IMG/VR virus record: IMGVR_UViG_3300017963_000230
Span: 1 to 64,000 of that record
DNA from: a virus
DNA: 64,000 bases
Strand: one strand, 5' to 3'
A program made the position numbers and the translations under genes. This document shows, in pieces, positions 7,669 to 15,421 of the stretch; position 1 is the first letter of the stretch, and every line of letters begins with the position of its first letter. The notes below the pieces were generated by a model that worked only from the letters and a program-made list of their open reading frames with translations, had not been told where the DNA came from and ran no database searches.

Positions 7669-8119
7669 AGGCGACATGAGGTTCCATGTAAACCATTTTC
7701 TGGTAGAAGAGGATCGCTCTGCTGTTAGCACAAATGGTTCTGTACTGCACTGGGTAAAACATGTTCCTTTAGTAGCTGGTTTCTATAAACCTAAAAAGGT
7801 GCATAGAAATATGCTGGAGATAGAGTTTGTATGCAAGGTGGAAGAAGCACCACTGAACTACCCAGACTACAAGGACATACTCCACGACTGGGCAAAAGAG
7901 ACAGGTCCATATGTCAGCATTGATCTTGATTCAGACGACAAGCCTGGTTACAGCAGGGCTCTTGCAACCATTATAAGAACTATGAGCAAAGAGTGTATGA
8001 ACATAACGTGGTTGGAGATACTGACTGACGGACCTTGGGAGGGATATATAAGAGACGAGAATCCCAACTACTTTCATCAAGGAGAGCGCAAAGCACTAAT
8101 AATGCCAATGAGGTTATAG
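7583..8119 (+). CDS. Truncated beta-clamp (DnaN)-like protein
   Basis: AGGAGGT SD. AVSTNGSVLH (compare ATDGHRL), NYPDYKDIL (compare FPDYRRVLP), and C-terminus ALIMPMRL (compare VVMPMRL, recalled for E. coli DnaN). Only 178 aa. Confidence 0.5.
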   Translation: MPKTLKYTRRDVEFNNLSFLARPLRTIDKGDMRFHVNHFLVEEDRSAVSTNGSVLHWVKHVPLVAGFYKPKKVHRNMLEIEFVCKVEEAPLNYPDYKDILHDWAKETGPYVSIDLDSDDKPGYSRALATIIRTMSKECMNITWLEILTDGPWEGYIRDENPNYFHQGERKALIMPMRL

Positions 8120-8121
8120 AA

Positions 8122-8322
8122 ATGGGACACTTTGTGAATAGAGGGATGAAATGTTGGGACGAGGAAATATCAGATCCTTCCTTTGTCGCCTTTGGAGACA
8201 CTCCCTTTCCTACACGGTTCATCGACGATGTGGAAGGATACTACTATTACTCTTTTGGTTGTCGAGAAGATTGCAGTACTGGAGAAGTAATAGAGGTTTG
8301 GTACAAAAGGAGAGAGCTATGA
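8122..8322 (+). CDS. Hypothetical protein
   Basis: ATG 8122, 2 nt after the upstream stop; 66 aa. Confidence 0.6.
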   Translation: MGHFVNRGMKCWDEEISDPSFVAFGDTPFPTRFIDDVEGYYYYSFGCREDCSTGEVIEVWYKRREL

Positions 8323-8513
8323 ATCATAAATTCGCTGTATCCGCAGAGTTAGCAAAGGCAAAGAGTATGGAAGATGAGGTAATAGATGCTTGGAAGAGTA
8401 TTACAGAAGCCTCCCCAGGTGCTGTACATGACATACTCAAAGATTGGTATGCTGGTAAAATATACCTCCTTGTGCCCTCAAGGGTGTATGATAAACTTTG
8501 CGATAAAATATAA
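8319..8513 (+). CDS. Hypothetical protein
   Basis: ATGA start/stop overlap and an AAAGGAGAG SD. Confidence 0.65.
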   Translation: MNHKFAVSAELAKAKSMEDEVIDAWKSITEASPGAVHDILKDWYAGKIYLLVPSRVYDKLCDKI

Positions 8514-8550
8514 AAAATATCTTGCAATCCGTTTAAATAGCTGTTATACT
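8513..8550 (+). promoter_or_regulatory. Early promoter (family member)
   Basis: aaaaaatatcTTGCAA (8522-8527), 17 nt, TATACT (8545-8550). Confidence 0.6.
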
Positions 8551-8583
8551 TAAGGAAACACTAAAGGAAGAGAGGGTGTAGCT

Positions 8584-9042
8584 ATGACTAATCAAGAGTA
8601 CCTCAACCACTTGACTGGAAAGAACCTAAGTCACCTTAAACCACTGTACGAGAAAATCTTCACGCAATCTCCCCCCGCTAAGTTTAAAAAGAAGGACATC
8701 ATCCAAAAGCTCTACGACAGGTTCAAAGAGCTCAACAAAGAGAACCCCAGCGCAGAAGAGTACAATCCTGACATCGACCCCCAGTTTGGCATCACTGAAA
8801 ACAACTACCACAAAGTTACTTCCCGTGCAGGTAGCCGACGCAGTATAATCATCGAAGCGATAAAAGAAGGAATATGGGACACGGTTACGTTGGCAGAAAT
8901 GTTGCACATGAAGAACGAGACATGGCCCTTAAAGAAGAACAAAGTAGCGGTCAGTGGAACAATAGCTGACTTGAGAAAGAACAAAGGATGGGACATCAAA
9001 GTCGATGACAAAGGAAGGATATGTGTAGCAAATGGTACTTAA
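8584..9042 (+). CDS. Putative DNA-binding protein (winged-helix-like C-terminus; paralogue of 689-1159)
   Basis: Shares the RRSIIIEAIKEG...VAVSGTIADLRK segment with the first ORF. N-terminal LSHLKPLYEKIF...KKKDIIQKL looks like a helix-extension-helix. Confidence 0.55.
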   Translation: MTNQEYLNHLTGKNLSHLKPLYEKIFTQSPPAKFKKKDIIQKLYDRFKELNKENPSAEEYNPDIDPQFGITENNYHKVTSRAGSRRSIIIEAIKEGIWDTVTLAEMLHMKNETWPLKKNKVAVSGTIADLRKNKGWDIKVDDKGRICVANGT

Positions 9043-9148
9043 AATCATAATAGTCCTAGCCTTGTGGGTACTCGTCAGCATACCATTAGGTATAATAATA
9101 GGACGCATACTAAGAGAGAAACACAATGAAACTAAAACCAGGTTATAA
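9032..9148 (+). CDS. Micro-ORF, 38 aa, one transmembrane helix
   Basis: MVLKIIIVLALWVLVSIPLGIIIG.... Overlaps both neighbours. Confidence 0.25.
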   Translation: MVLKIIIVLALWVLVSIPLGIIIGRILREKHNETKTRL

Positions 9149-9380
9149 ATACCACTACGAAAGACCTATGGTTTCTAATAAAGTGATACATGTAATTGCA
9201 ATCATAGAAGACCACGCGGTATTCTGTTGGTACAGTTATAAAAGAAGGTATTGGCAGTTCCAAATAGAATGGACTGAAATCTTAAAGGATAGTATAAAAG
9301 AAATAGGTAAAAGTCCATATAAATTTGACATATCAATCCCAAAACAGGAGGTTTATCATGGAACAACAAGTTACACCTGA
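9126..9380 (+). CDS. Hypothetical protein
   Basis: 84-aa ORF. Confidence 0.6.
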   Translation: MKLKPGYKYHYERPMVSNKVIHVIAIIEDHAVFCWYSYKRRYWQFQIEWTEILKDSIKEIGKSPYKFDISIPKQEVYHGTTSYT

Positions 9381-10191
9381 GTTCCCTGAAGTAGAACTCA
9401 CAACGGTAGAGGTGGCTGGCATTACTGCTGAGAACTACAAGGCGGTGAGGAATGTCGAAACAGACCAGATTTATGATATCGTCAGCCCTAAATACAAACT
9501 GGTAAGGCATGAAAAGGTGCTGGAGAATGTAGAGGAAGTACTGGAAAGAAATACAGTAGATTTTGGTTCCTACTCCAAGCATGTGTTCCTTTACAAAGAC
9601 GGCGCCCGCATGAGGACCAAATACAGGTTTGACGATGCTCAGGTAGTAGTTAAATTCCGTGGGAAAGATGACGTTATGAATCCCACACTGGAGGTTTTCA
9701 ACAGCTATGACCGTAGTTGTAAACACACAGTGATGCTGGGAGCATTTAGAATGGTATGCACGAACGGTCTTGTTATAGGAGAAACCTTCGCTAAGTACAA
9801 GAAACGCCACATGCCTGACCTGTACTTGGAAGATGTACAGTATGCACTCAAAGATGGTTTTACAGCTATCGACGACCAAAGGAAGCAGTGGCAGGATTGG
9901 ACCTCTACCCCTTTACTGCCTGAGAAGTTTGAAAAGGTGGAAAAGAAATTGGATCTTAATAACAAAGAGACCACGTTGCTGTTGGAAGAACCTGAAACAA
10001 GCACCAACGCTAACTTAGCCCGCTGGTTAGCTTTACATGAAATGGGCGGTAAATGGGAGAAGGAAGCAGAAGAGTATATGAATATGTGGATCTTCTACAA
10101 TATACTCACACAGTTTACCACACACCATATAGCCAGTGAAGTACGCCGTCAGCAGTTAGAAGATAGAATCAGAAAGGTTATGTTTAACTGA
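9358..10191 (+). CDS. DUF932-like phage/plasmid protein
   Basis: ACAGGAGGT SD. IVSPKYKLVRHE...NPTLEVFNSYDRSCKHTVMLGAFRMVCTNGLVIG matches the remembered DUF932 core pattern. Confidence 0.6.
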   Translation: MEQQVTPEFPEVELTTVEVAGITAENYKAVRNVETDQIYDIVSPKYKLVRHEKVLENVEEVLERNTVDFGSYSKHVFLYKDGARMRTKYRFDDAQVVVKFRGKDDVMNPTLEVFNSYDRSCKHTVMLGAFRMVCTNGLVIGETFAKYKKRHMPDLYLEDVQYALKDGFTAIDDQRKQWQDWTSTPLLPEKFEKVEKKLDLNNKETTLLLEEPETSTNANLARWLALHEMGGKWEKEAEEYMNMWIFYNILTQFTTHHIASEVRRQQLEDRIRKVMFN

Positions 10192-10200
10192 AGACCTTAT

Positions 10201-10322
10201 GGCTGACCTAACCGAGAGCTCCCTAATCACGCTGACGGGTAAGCAAAGTAGGTGAACCTCTTGGTAATTGTCCTACTGACCAGAGCCCCAATGCTCGGAC
10301 AGGTTGCAAGAGGAGGTCAGCC
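10201..10322 (+). other. Candidate structured RNA or complex terminator (nested helices)
   Basis: ggctgacct 10201-10209 pairs with aggtcagcc 10314-10322, and cctcttg 10257-10263 with caagagg 10307-10313. Inner tgtcc/ggaca and gagc/gctc pairs. G+C-richer than the flanks. Confidence 0.35.
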
Positions 10323-10327
10323 TTCAA

Positions 10328-10363
10328 ACTTATCTTGCAATATCATATTGAAATTGCTACAAT
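10328..10363 (+). promoter_or_regulatory. Early promoter (family member)
   Basis: acttatcTTGCAA (10335-10340), 17 nt, TACAAT (10358-10363). Confidence 0.6.
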
Positions 10364-10396
10364 TAATTAGAAAACAAAAAGAAGGAGGTGAAACAA

Positions 10397-10786
10397 ATGG
10401 CACTAAGATCTATGTCGGGATTTAGCAGAAAAGAGAGAACAAGCCACACCACAGAAAAGCTACTCATTTCTAATCAGAAAAACAGAGACAACGCTATGGT
10501 AGTATTCTATATTGGTTCCAAACTATGTGAGAAAGCCAACATACGTCCCAGTGACAAGCTGGACGTGCTTTGGGACGACACTACAGGTGCTGGTGCTATT
10601 GTTCAAACTGAAGAAGGTAAAACTGTAACGATCCTAAAAAATGGTAGAGGTGTTTTAAACTTCACCTGGAAAGAAGGGATGCCTATCCCTCCAGAAAGTA
10701 ATGGACCTGTTGAAGCCATAAACGTGCAGGTAGAAGAACAAAATGAAGAAATTCATTTCACATTCCCTGAAAACTGCCTGCAATAG
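10397..10786 (+). CDS. Hypothetical protein
   Basis: GAAGGAGGTG SD before ATG 10397. Confidence 0.7.
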   Translation: MALRSMSGFSRKERTSHTTEKLLISNQKNRDNAMVVFYIGSKLCEKANIRPSDKLDVLWDDTTGAGAIVQTEEGKTVTILKNGRGVLNFTWKEGMPIPPESNGPVEAINVQVEEQNEEIHFTFPENCLQ

Positions 10787-10809
10787 GAAAAATTTACTGC
10801 ATACTTTGA

Positions 10810-10847
10810 CATTAAGCAAGTAAAGTTCGTGCAGAATTCAGCAAATA
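10810..10847 (+). promoter_or_regulatory. Conserved ~38-nt intergenic motif, copy B
   Basis: cattaagcaagtaaagttcgtgcagaattcagcaaata, followed by TGCTACAAT (10862-10870). Confidence 0.6.
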
Positions 10848-10915
10848 AAAGCGTAGGAATTTGCTACAATCACAATACTTTACAGCTAATTGAAGCAGAA
10901 AGGCCCAATCCTATT

Positions 10916-11182
10916 ATGTCGCTACAACACATTGAAGATTACCACATTGACTTGGAAGCGAAAAGGCACATAATGAGGGAAGTCTGTGATGAGGCTAAAG
11001 CATTGATGATAATACTGCTGGAAGCCCCAGAAGAGTTCCTCAGCCAATTCAAATTTAATAACTCCTTTTCCCGCCGACGCCTCGAAAACTACCTCATGTT
11101 TGAAGAAAGATGGAGTGCAACTAAGGTCAAGAAAGTAATGAGTGACCTCAGGCGGGCTCATGAGAGGTTTTTAGCATTATGA
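10916..11182 (+). CDS. Hypothetical protein
   Basis: First ATG of track ORF 10829-11182. The upstream GTG would place motif B and a -10 element inside the CDS. No SD. Confidence 0.5.
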   Translation: MSLQHIEDYHIDLEAKRHIMREVCDEAKALMIILLEAPEEFLSQFKFNNSFSRRRLENYLMFEERWSATKVKKVMSDLRRAHERFLAL

Positions 11183-11349
11183 GTACACCATGGAAGAAAC
11201 TATACTTTAAATTCGAAAAAACACTACTCAAACAATTAAGCACAAACCTTCCAGGAGTAGCATGGGACAGAGCTGTACTTATTCCTATCCTGAAATGTAT
11301 AAGAAGGAAACTAAAAGATGAGATTCCTAATCGAAAGTCCAGTCTTTAG
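11179..11349 (+). CDS. Small hypothetical protein (56 aa)
   Basis: ATGA overlap with the upstream stop. Below the track cutoff. Overlaps the helicase start by 32 nt. Confidence 0.35.
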   Translation: MSTPWKKLYFKFEKTLLKQLSTNLPGVAWDRAVLIPILKCIRRKLKDEIPNRKSSL

Positions 11350-12829
11350 CAAAGGACTGGACAACGAAGCAAAACAATTCTTACGGTCAGCTCTCCGCTA
11401 CCAAGAGCCCTTCTATGTGAAAAAGAAATATGGAGGCACCACTAAGATGCACAATAAGTATATGTCCACAAAAGGTGGTGTCTTCCTAACAGGGCTCGTG
11501 CCACGGGTGAAAGACACACTGATGCAAAGAGGAATGAAGTCCATATGGACCTTCGGTGATATCATGAAGGAGATTCCACTGCCCACTACAGATCCCTACC
11601 TTGAGGGAATCACGCTAAGGGAATTCCAGGACAAACTCATACTCAAAGCCATCATGACTCAGAGAGGTGTCATAAAAGCACCTGCACGAAGTGGCAAGAC
11701 GGTGATCATGGGAGGCATAGCGAGCTGTTTCCAGAGCAAATTTCAAACTATCTTAATCCTAATGCACACAAAAGACCTACTATGGCAAACCTATGAAGAG
11801 TTCCAACGCTTTGGCTTTGAAGATATAGGTATAGTAGGAGATGGTAAGAAAGAGTATGGACATAGGATCACTATTGCTCTACATCAAAGCTATGTCAAAG
11901 CGTTAGGAACTAACGGACATACTCATCATGACCTCATAATGGTTGACGAAGCTCATCACATAGCAAGCGATGACAGCAATTATGGGAAGATACTTAAGAA
12001 TGACCTTGCTCCCTTTCGCTTTGGTGTAACAGCAACTCCTTCTCCTGAATTAGGAAAGCGACTTGCAATGGAAGGCTTGATAGGTCCTGTTATAGGTGAA
12101 ATCACTCAGGAAGAAGCTCGTGTAGCGGAAGTTGTTACGCAGGCCAAAGTAAAGATAGTTAAAGTACCCCTAAATGTGTCGGTAAAAAATATCAAAACTT
12201 ACTACGAAGCCTACAAAAAAGGAATAGTACTCAGCAGAACCAGAAACAGACTGATAATGAAAACTGCTACAGGATTATTGGATGAGAACAAAACAGTACT
12301 CATACTGGTGAGACGAGTGCGACATGGATTTGAATTAGCAAATATGTTTGAGAAATTTTCAGAGTATGAGGCTCCTTTTCTTTGTGGCGGAATAGATGCT
12401 GACACAAAAAGAGAGATGAAGCGGTTACAGAAGGACATTGAGAAAAGATTGACTTCAGATAAGGGAAAAGCCAAGTTGCAAGAAATGTATGATGAATTTC
12501 AAGACTACAAGAACTTGGAAGCAAAAATAAAAGTAAACAATCAGAAACGTCCTCACTACCGAAAAGCCCTCAATGACCGCAGCATAAGATGTATTATTGT
12601 AACCAATATATGGAATGAAGGCATTAACATACCAACGCTGGATGCTATCATTAATGCCGCAGGAGGTAAGTCAGAGATACAAACAATACAGGCTGCGAGC
12701 AGGTCGCTGACAGCGAGTGCAGAAAAGGAATATGGATTGATAGTTGACTTTTTCGATCCAAACGCAAGGTGGTTTGTTGACCACTTTGGAGAACGCATTT
12801 CACTTTATTGTGAGGAGGGATGGCTATGA
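11318..12829 (+). CDS. Superfamily 2 DEAH-box DNA helicase (UvsW/ResIII-like)
   Basis: Motif I APARSGKT, motif II MVDEAHH, motif III GVTATP, motif VI QAASRS. Confidence 0.8.
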   Translation: MRFLIESPVFSKGLDNEAKQFLRSALRYQEPFYVKKKYGGTTKMHNKYMSTKGGVFLTGLVPRVKDTLMQRGMKSIWTFGDIMKEIPLPTTDPYLEGITLREFQDKLILKAIMTQRGVIKAPARSGKTVIMGGIASCFQSKFQTILILMHTKDLLWQTYEEFQRFGFEDIGIVGDGKKEYGHRITIALHQSYVKALGTNGHTHHDLIMVDEAHHIASDDSNYGKILKNDLAPFRFGVTATPSPELGKRLAMEGLIGPVIGEITQEEARVAEVVTQAKVKIVKVPLNVSVKNIKTYYEAYKKGIVLSRTRNRLIMKTATGLLDENKTVLILVRRVRHGFELANMFEKFSEYEAPFLCGGIDADTKREMKRLQKDIEKRLTSDKGKAKLQEMYDEFQDYKNLEAKIKVNNQKRPHYRKALNDRSIRCIIVTNIWNEGINIPTLDAIINAAGGKSEIQTIQAASRSLTASAEKEYGLIVDFFDPNARWFVDHFGERISLYCEEGWL

Positions 12830-13044
12830 TAGTTATCAAAGATGCTTTTAAAGTTTCACCAAGAAAGTTCTGCATCAGATCAAAATGGGGACATTGGACA
12901 ACTTCTTTGACCCAAGAGCTTAGAGCTGCCATTGGTCACTTAGAAGAACACGAATACGTGTTCATGCGTGACACTGATTCAGAAGATTGCCGTATTTTCT
13001 TCAATGGACGCAGAGCTGACCTAGAACCTGAGGACTTCTATTAA
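12826..13044 (+). CDS. Hypothetical protein
   Basis: GAGGAGGG SD and ATGA overlap with the helicase stop (ATG 12820 is also possible). Confidence 0.6.
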   Translation: MIVIKDAFKVSPRKFCIRSKWGHWTTSLTQELRAAIGHLEEHEYVFMRDTDSEDCRIFFNGRRADLEPEDFY

Positions 13045-13943
13045 TGGATATAGAACTGTTTGATGTAAAGGCCTACCTTAATGACAGAGGTGTAAGGATA
13101 TACACTTCAGGAAAGAACTGTAGTCCTGGTTGGGTAAACATTCGCTGTCCTTTCTGTGGTGACAAGTCTAACCATCTTGGTATCAACCTAAAGTCTAAGA
13201 AATGGCACTGTTGGAAATGTCACCAAACAGGGCTTATTACTAAAGTAATAAGCATAATTGAGGACGGACAAGGGGATATATATTCCATATTAGAAGAGTT
13301 TAGATCTTCTCACATAGGCACCTATCATCCTAAAAGGAGGGATCCAAAAGGGCTGCCTAAAGAATCCTTAGACACCTTACCAACTATACATAAAGACTAC
13401 TTAAGGCGGAGGGGATTTGATCCTGTAGAAATTCAGGATAAATATTATGTCAAAGCCTGCTGGGAAGGAGGTAAATATAAATTCCGCCTTATCATTCCTA
13501 TTTATATGAACTTCAAACTGGCAGGCTTCACGGCACGAGATGTTACCTTCAAAAGTCCTATACGCTATAAGAACCAACCACAGAATGAATGTCCTGTGCT
13601 ACCAGAGCGATGGGTTTACAACATAGATAGAATTACAGGAGACACAGTGGTAATAGTAGAAGGACCTTTTGATGTATGGCGTATGGGTAATGAATTTGTA
13701 AGTTTCATGGGAACCACAGCCACTACAGCCCAAACATCAGCACTTGTGAATAAAGGTGTTAAGAGAGCGATAGTGTTGTATGACCCTGAAGAGGAGGCAC
13801 AAGAAGTGGCAGATCAGATAGCTTATGATTTAGGTATGTTTATATCCGAAGTAGAAAGAGTGGAATTAGATCTACCAGAAGGCAAAGATCCAGCAGACCT
13901 CACACCACAAGAGGCTGCACAGTTAAGGAGCGAACTGTTATGA
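13044..13943 (+). CDS. DNA primase (zinc finger plus TOPRIM)
   Basis: CPFCGDKSNHLGINLKSKKWHCWKCHQTG zinc finger. VVIVEGPFDVWRMG and VLYDPEEE TOPRIM acidic motifs. Confidence 0.8.
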   Translation: MDIELFDVKAYLNDRGVRIYTSGKNCSPGWVNIRCPFCGDKSNHLGINLKSKKWHCWKCHQTGLITKVISIIEDGQGDIYSILEEFRSSHIGTYHPKRRDPKGLPKESLDTLPTIHKDYLRRRGFDPVEIQDKYYVKACWEGGKYKFRLIIPIYMNFKLAGFTARDVTFKSPIRYKNQPQNECPVLPERWVYNIDRITGDTVVIVEGPFDVWRMGNEFVSFMGTTATTAQTSALVNKGVKRAIVLYDPEEEAQEVADQIAYDLGMFISEVERVELDLPEGKDPADLTPQEAAQLRSELL

Positions 13944-14083
13944 AATGGAGTAGACTTAGTGGAATAGACGATTATGTAGAAGGTTCTACATTTAGACAGT
14001 TATGGAAAGAACATATCAAGAAGGTAATAAAAGAAGCAGTCCAAAAGGGAAAAGATAAAAATAAAGATACAAATAAATCCTAA
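13940..14083 (+). CDS. Small hypothetical protein (47 aa)
   Basis: ATGA overlap with the primase stop. Lys-rich tail. Confidence 0.35.
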   Translation: MKWSRLSGIDDYVEGSTFRQLWKEHIKKVIKEAVQKGKDKNKDTNKS

Positions 14084-14121
14084 AAATTATCTTGCAAGCT
14101 GTCATGGTGCTGTGCTATTAT
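14083..14121 (+). promoter_or_regulatory. Promoter (family member)
   Basis: aaaaattatcTTGCAA (14092-14097), 18 nt, TATTAT (14116-14121) with an upstream TG. Confidence 0.55.
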
Positions 14122-14150
14122 GTGTACCTATACACAAGTACTGCGAAGAG

Positions 14151-14249
14151 GGATTAATAATAGTGAGCTGGGCTGCTCCTTCCACACACTAACACCCCTC
14201 TTCCTGTTAGTACCTACCAAGCAGTAGCCCGGTTCACTATTGTTAATCC
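14151..14249 (+). other. Long imperfect hairpin in a 175-nt leader
   Basis: ggattaataatagtgagctgggctgc (14151-14176) pairs with gcagtagcccggttcactattgttaatcc (14221-14249). Loop cccctcttcc is complementary to gaagaggg (14146-14153) and to aagagggggg/aagagg (14261-14276). Confidence 0.45.
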
Positions 14250-14296
14250 ACCACAAGGGTAAGAGGGGGGAAGAGGAAATCTGATGGAGTTCTACC

Positions 14297-15421
14297 ATGA
14301 TACTGAGATGTGGGCTGTGTAACAGAAAGGTAAGTACAGAGTTGGAAGGAACAATCAGAGGAAAAATTATATGCAACTCCTGCTGGGATAGCCAAATTAA
14401 GCCCTACCTTCACTCAGCGCGATGTTTCGACGGAAAGTACCTTTTTTGTCCTAATAAAGATGCATCAGAAAGCCAAACGCAAGACCTGACATGTATAGCT
14501 AAAGCTATACATAGCAAATCTAGCATTCAACATTCTGTTGTTTCCTCTTTTTTACGCCAAAAAAGTACGTCTCGGCCGATCAAAAAAAGAAGCAAATCTT
14601 ATAGGGAATACAAAGAGGAAACTCATGCTAACAGTCAAAAGATCAGGGAAGCACAGACTAAAAAAGGTCCTATAAAACCTAAAAGACAGAGAAAAGAAAT
14701 CACACCTATCTCTTGCCCTAAGGTGGTAGAGGAAATTATTAACTTTTGGAACACATTAGGACTGCATAATGCTCAACCAGGAACTAAGACCTATAATGAA
14801 AACATAAGACAGGTAAAAAGAGCTATGAGAGGTTCCCTATCCTGTGCTGAAGGAAGGAAATTTAATAAGGAAGAAATCATAAAGTCTATAACTAACTTTC
14901 ACCTGGCAGCTACTCATCCTCATTACCATCCACCTGAAAGTAAATACAAGAAATCGCTCACTAAAATACCTCTCGCTTATTATGTCTACAGTAAACATTC
15001 CAGCAGGTCCTACCTAGAGGAATATTTAGAACCTCCTAAGAAAATAGAACAACAAGAGCATCCAGAAGATAAATATCCCAATCTAACTAAGTACTACGCC
15101 AATTTCTATCTAGATAAAGTGCTCGGAGGTATAAAACCTAAAAATGGCCTCAGCCAGTACGATATGAACCATTTTGTCCGCGCTGCAGAGCGAACAGCAG
15201 AATTCTATAAAGAGCACGAAGATAAGATGGAGTTAAGAGGGGCAGGCATTTATAGCTTGCTACAATTTGGAGAGCTGGTAACCGAAGCGTTAGAGCAAAG
15301 CGTGAATGGAGATCTCCATAAATTGACGCCTGGGTGGTTCAGCAGCGATACGATGTTTGACAAAAGGTTACCAGCTTTCCTCTACTCTAATAGTATTATT
15401 GAGGACAGGAGGGATTTTTGA
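14297..15421 (+). CDS. Hypothetical protein with an N-terminal zinc ribbon and a basic linker (possible helicase partner or loader)
   Basis: CGLCNRK...CNSC, then KKRSKSYREYKEE...KPKRQRKE. Translationally coupled to the DnaB-like gene. The function is a positional guess only. Confidence 0.6.
   Translation: MILRCGLCNRKVSTELEGTIRGKIICNSCWDSQIKPYLHSARCFDGKYLFCPNKDASESQTQDLTCIAKAIHSKSSIQHSVVSSFLRQKSTSRPIKKRSKSYREYKEETHANSQKIREAQTKKGPIKPKRQRKEITPISCPKVVEEIINFWNTLGLHNAQPGTKTYNENIRQVKRAMRGSLSCAEGRKFNKEEIIKSITNFHLAATHPHYHPPESKYKKSLTKIPLAYYVYSKHSSRSYLEEYLEPPKKIEQQEHPEDKYPNLTKYYANFYLDKVLGGIKPKNGLSQYDMNHFVRAAERTAEFYKEHEDKMELRGAGIYSLLQFGELVTEALEQSVNGDLHKLTPGWFSSDTMFDKRLPAFLYSNSIIEDRRDF

Noticed and set aside
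9202-9879. 225-aa minus-strand ORF
   Set aside because: It is antisense to the DUF932-like gene, whose product has recognisable motifs. The strand context is uniformly plus.
10829-10915. GTG-initiated 5' extension of ORF 10829-11182
   Set aside because: It would translate through conserved motif copy B and a TGCTACAAT -10 element. The first ATG (10916) is preferred, although it has no SD.
14128-14376. 82-aa minus-strand ORF across the long leader
   Set aside because: It overlaps the promoter, the hairpin arms and the start of the plus-strand gene, and has no SD. The region is better explained as a structured leader.
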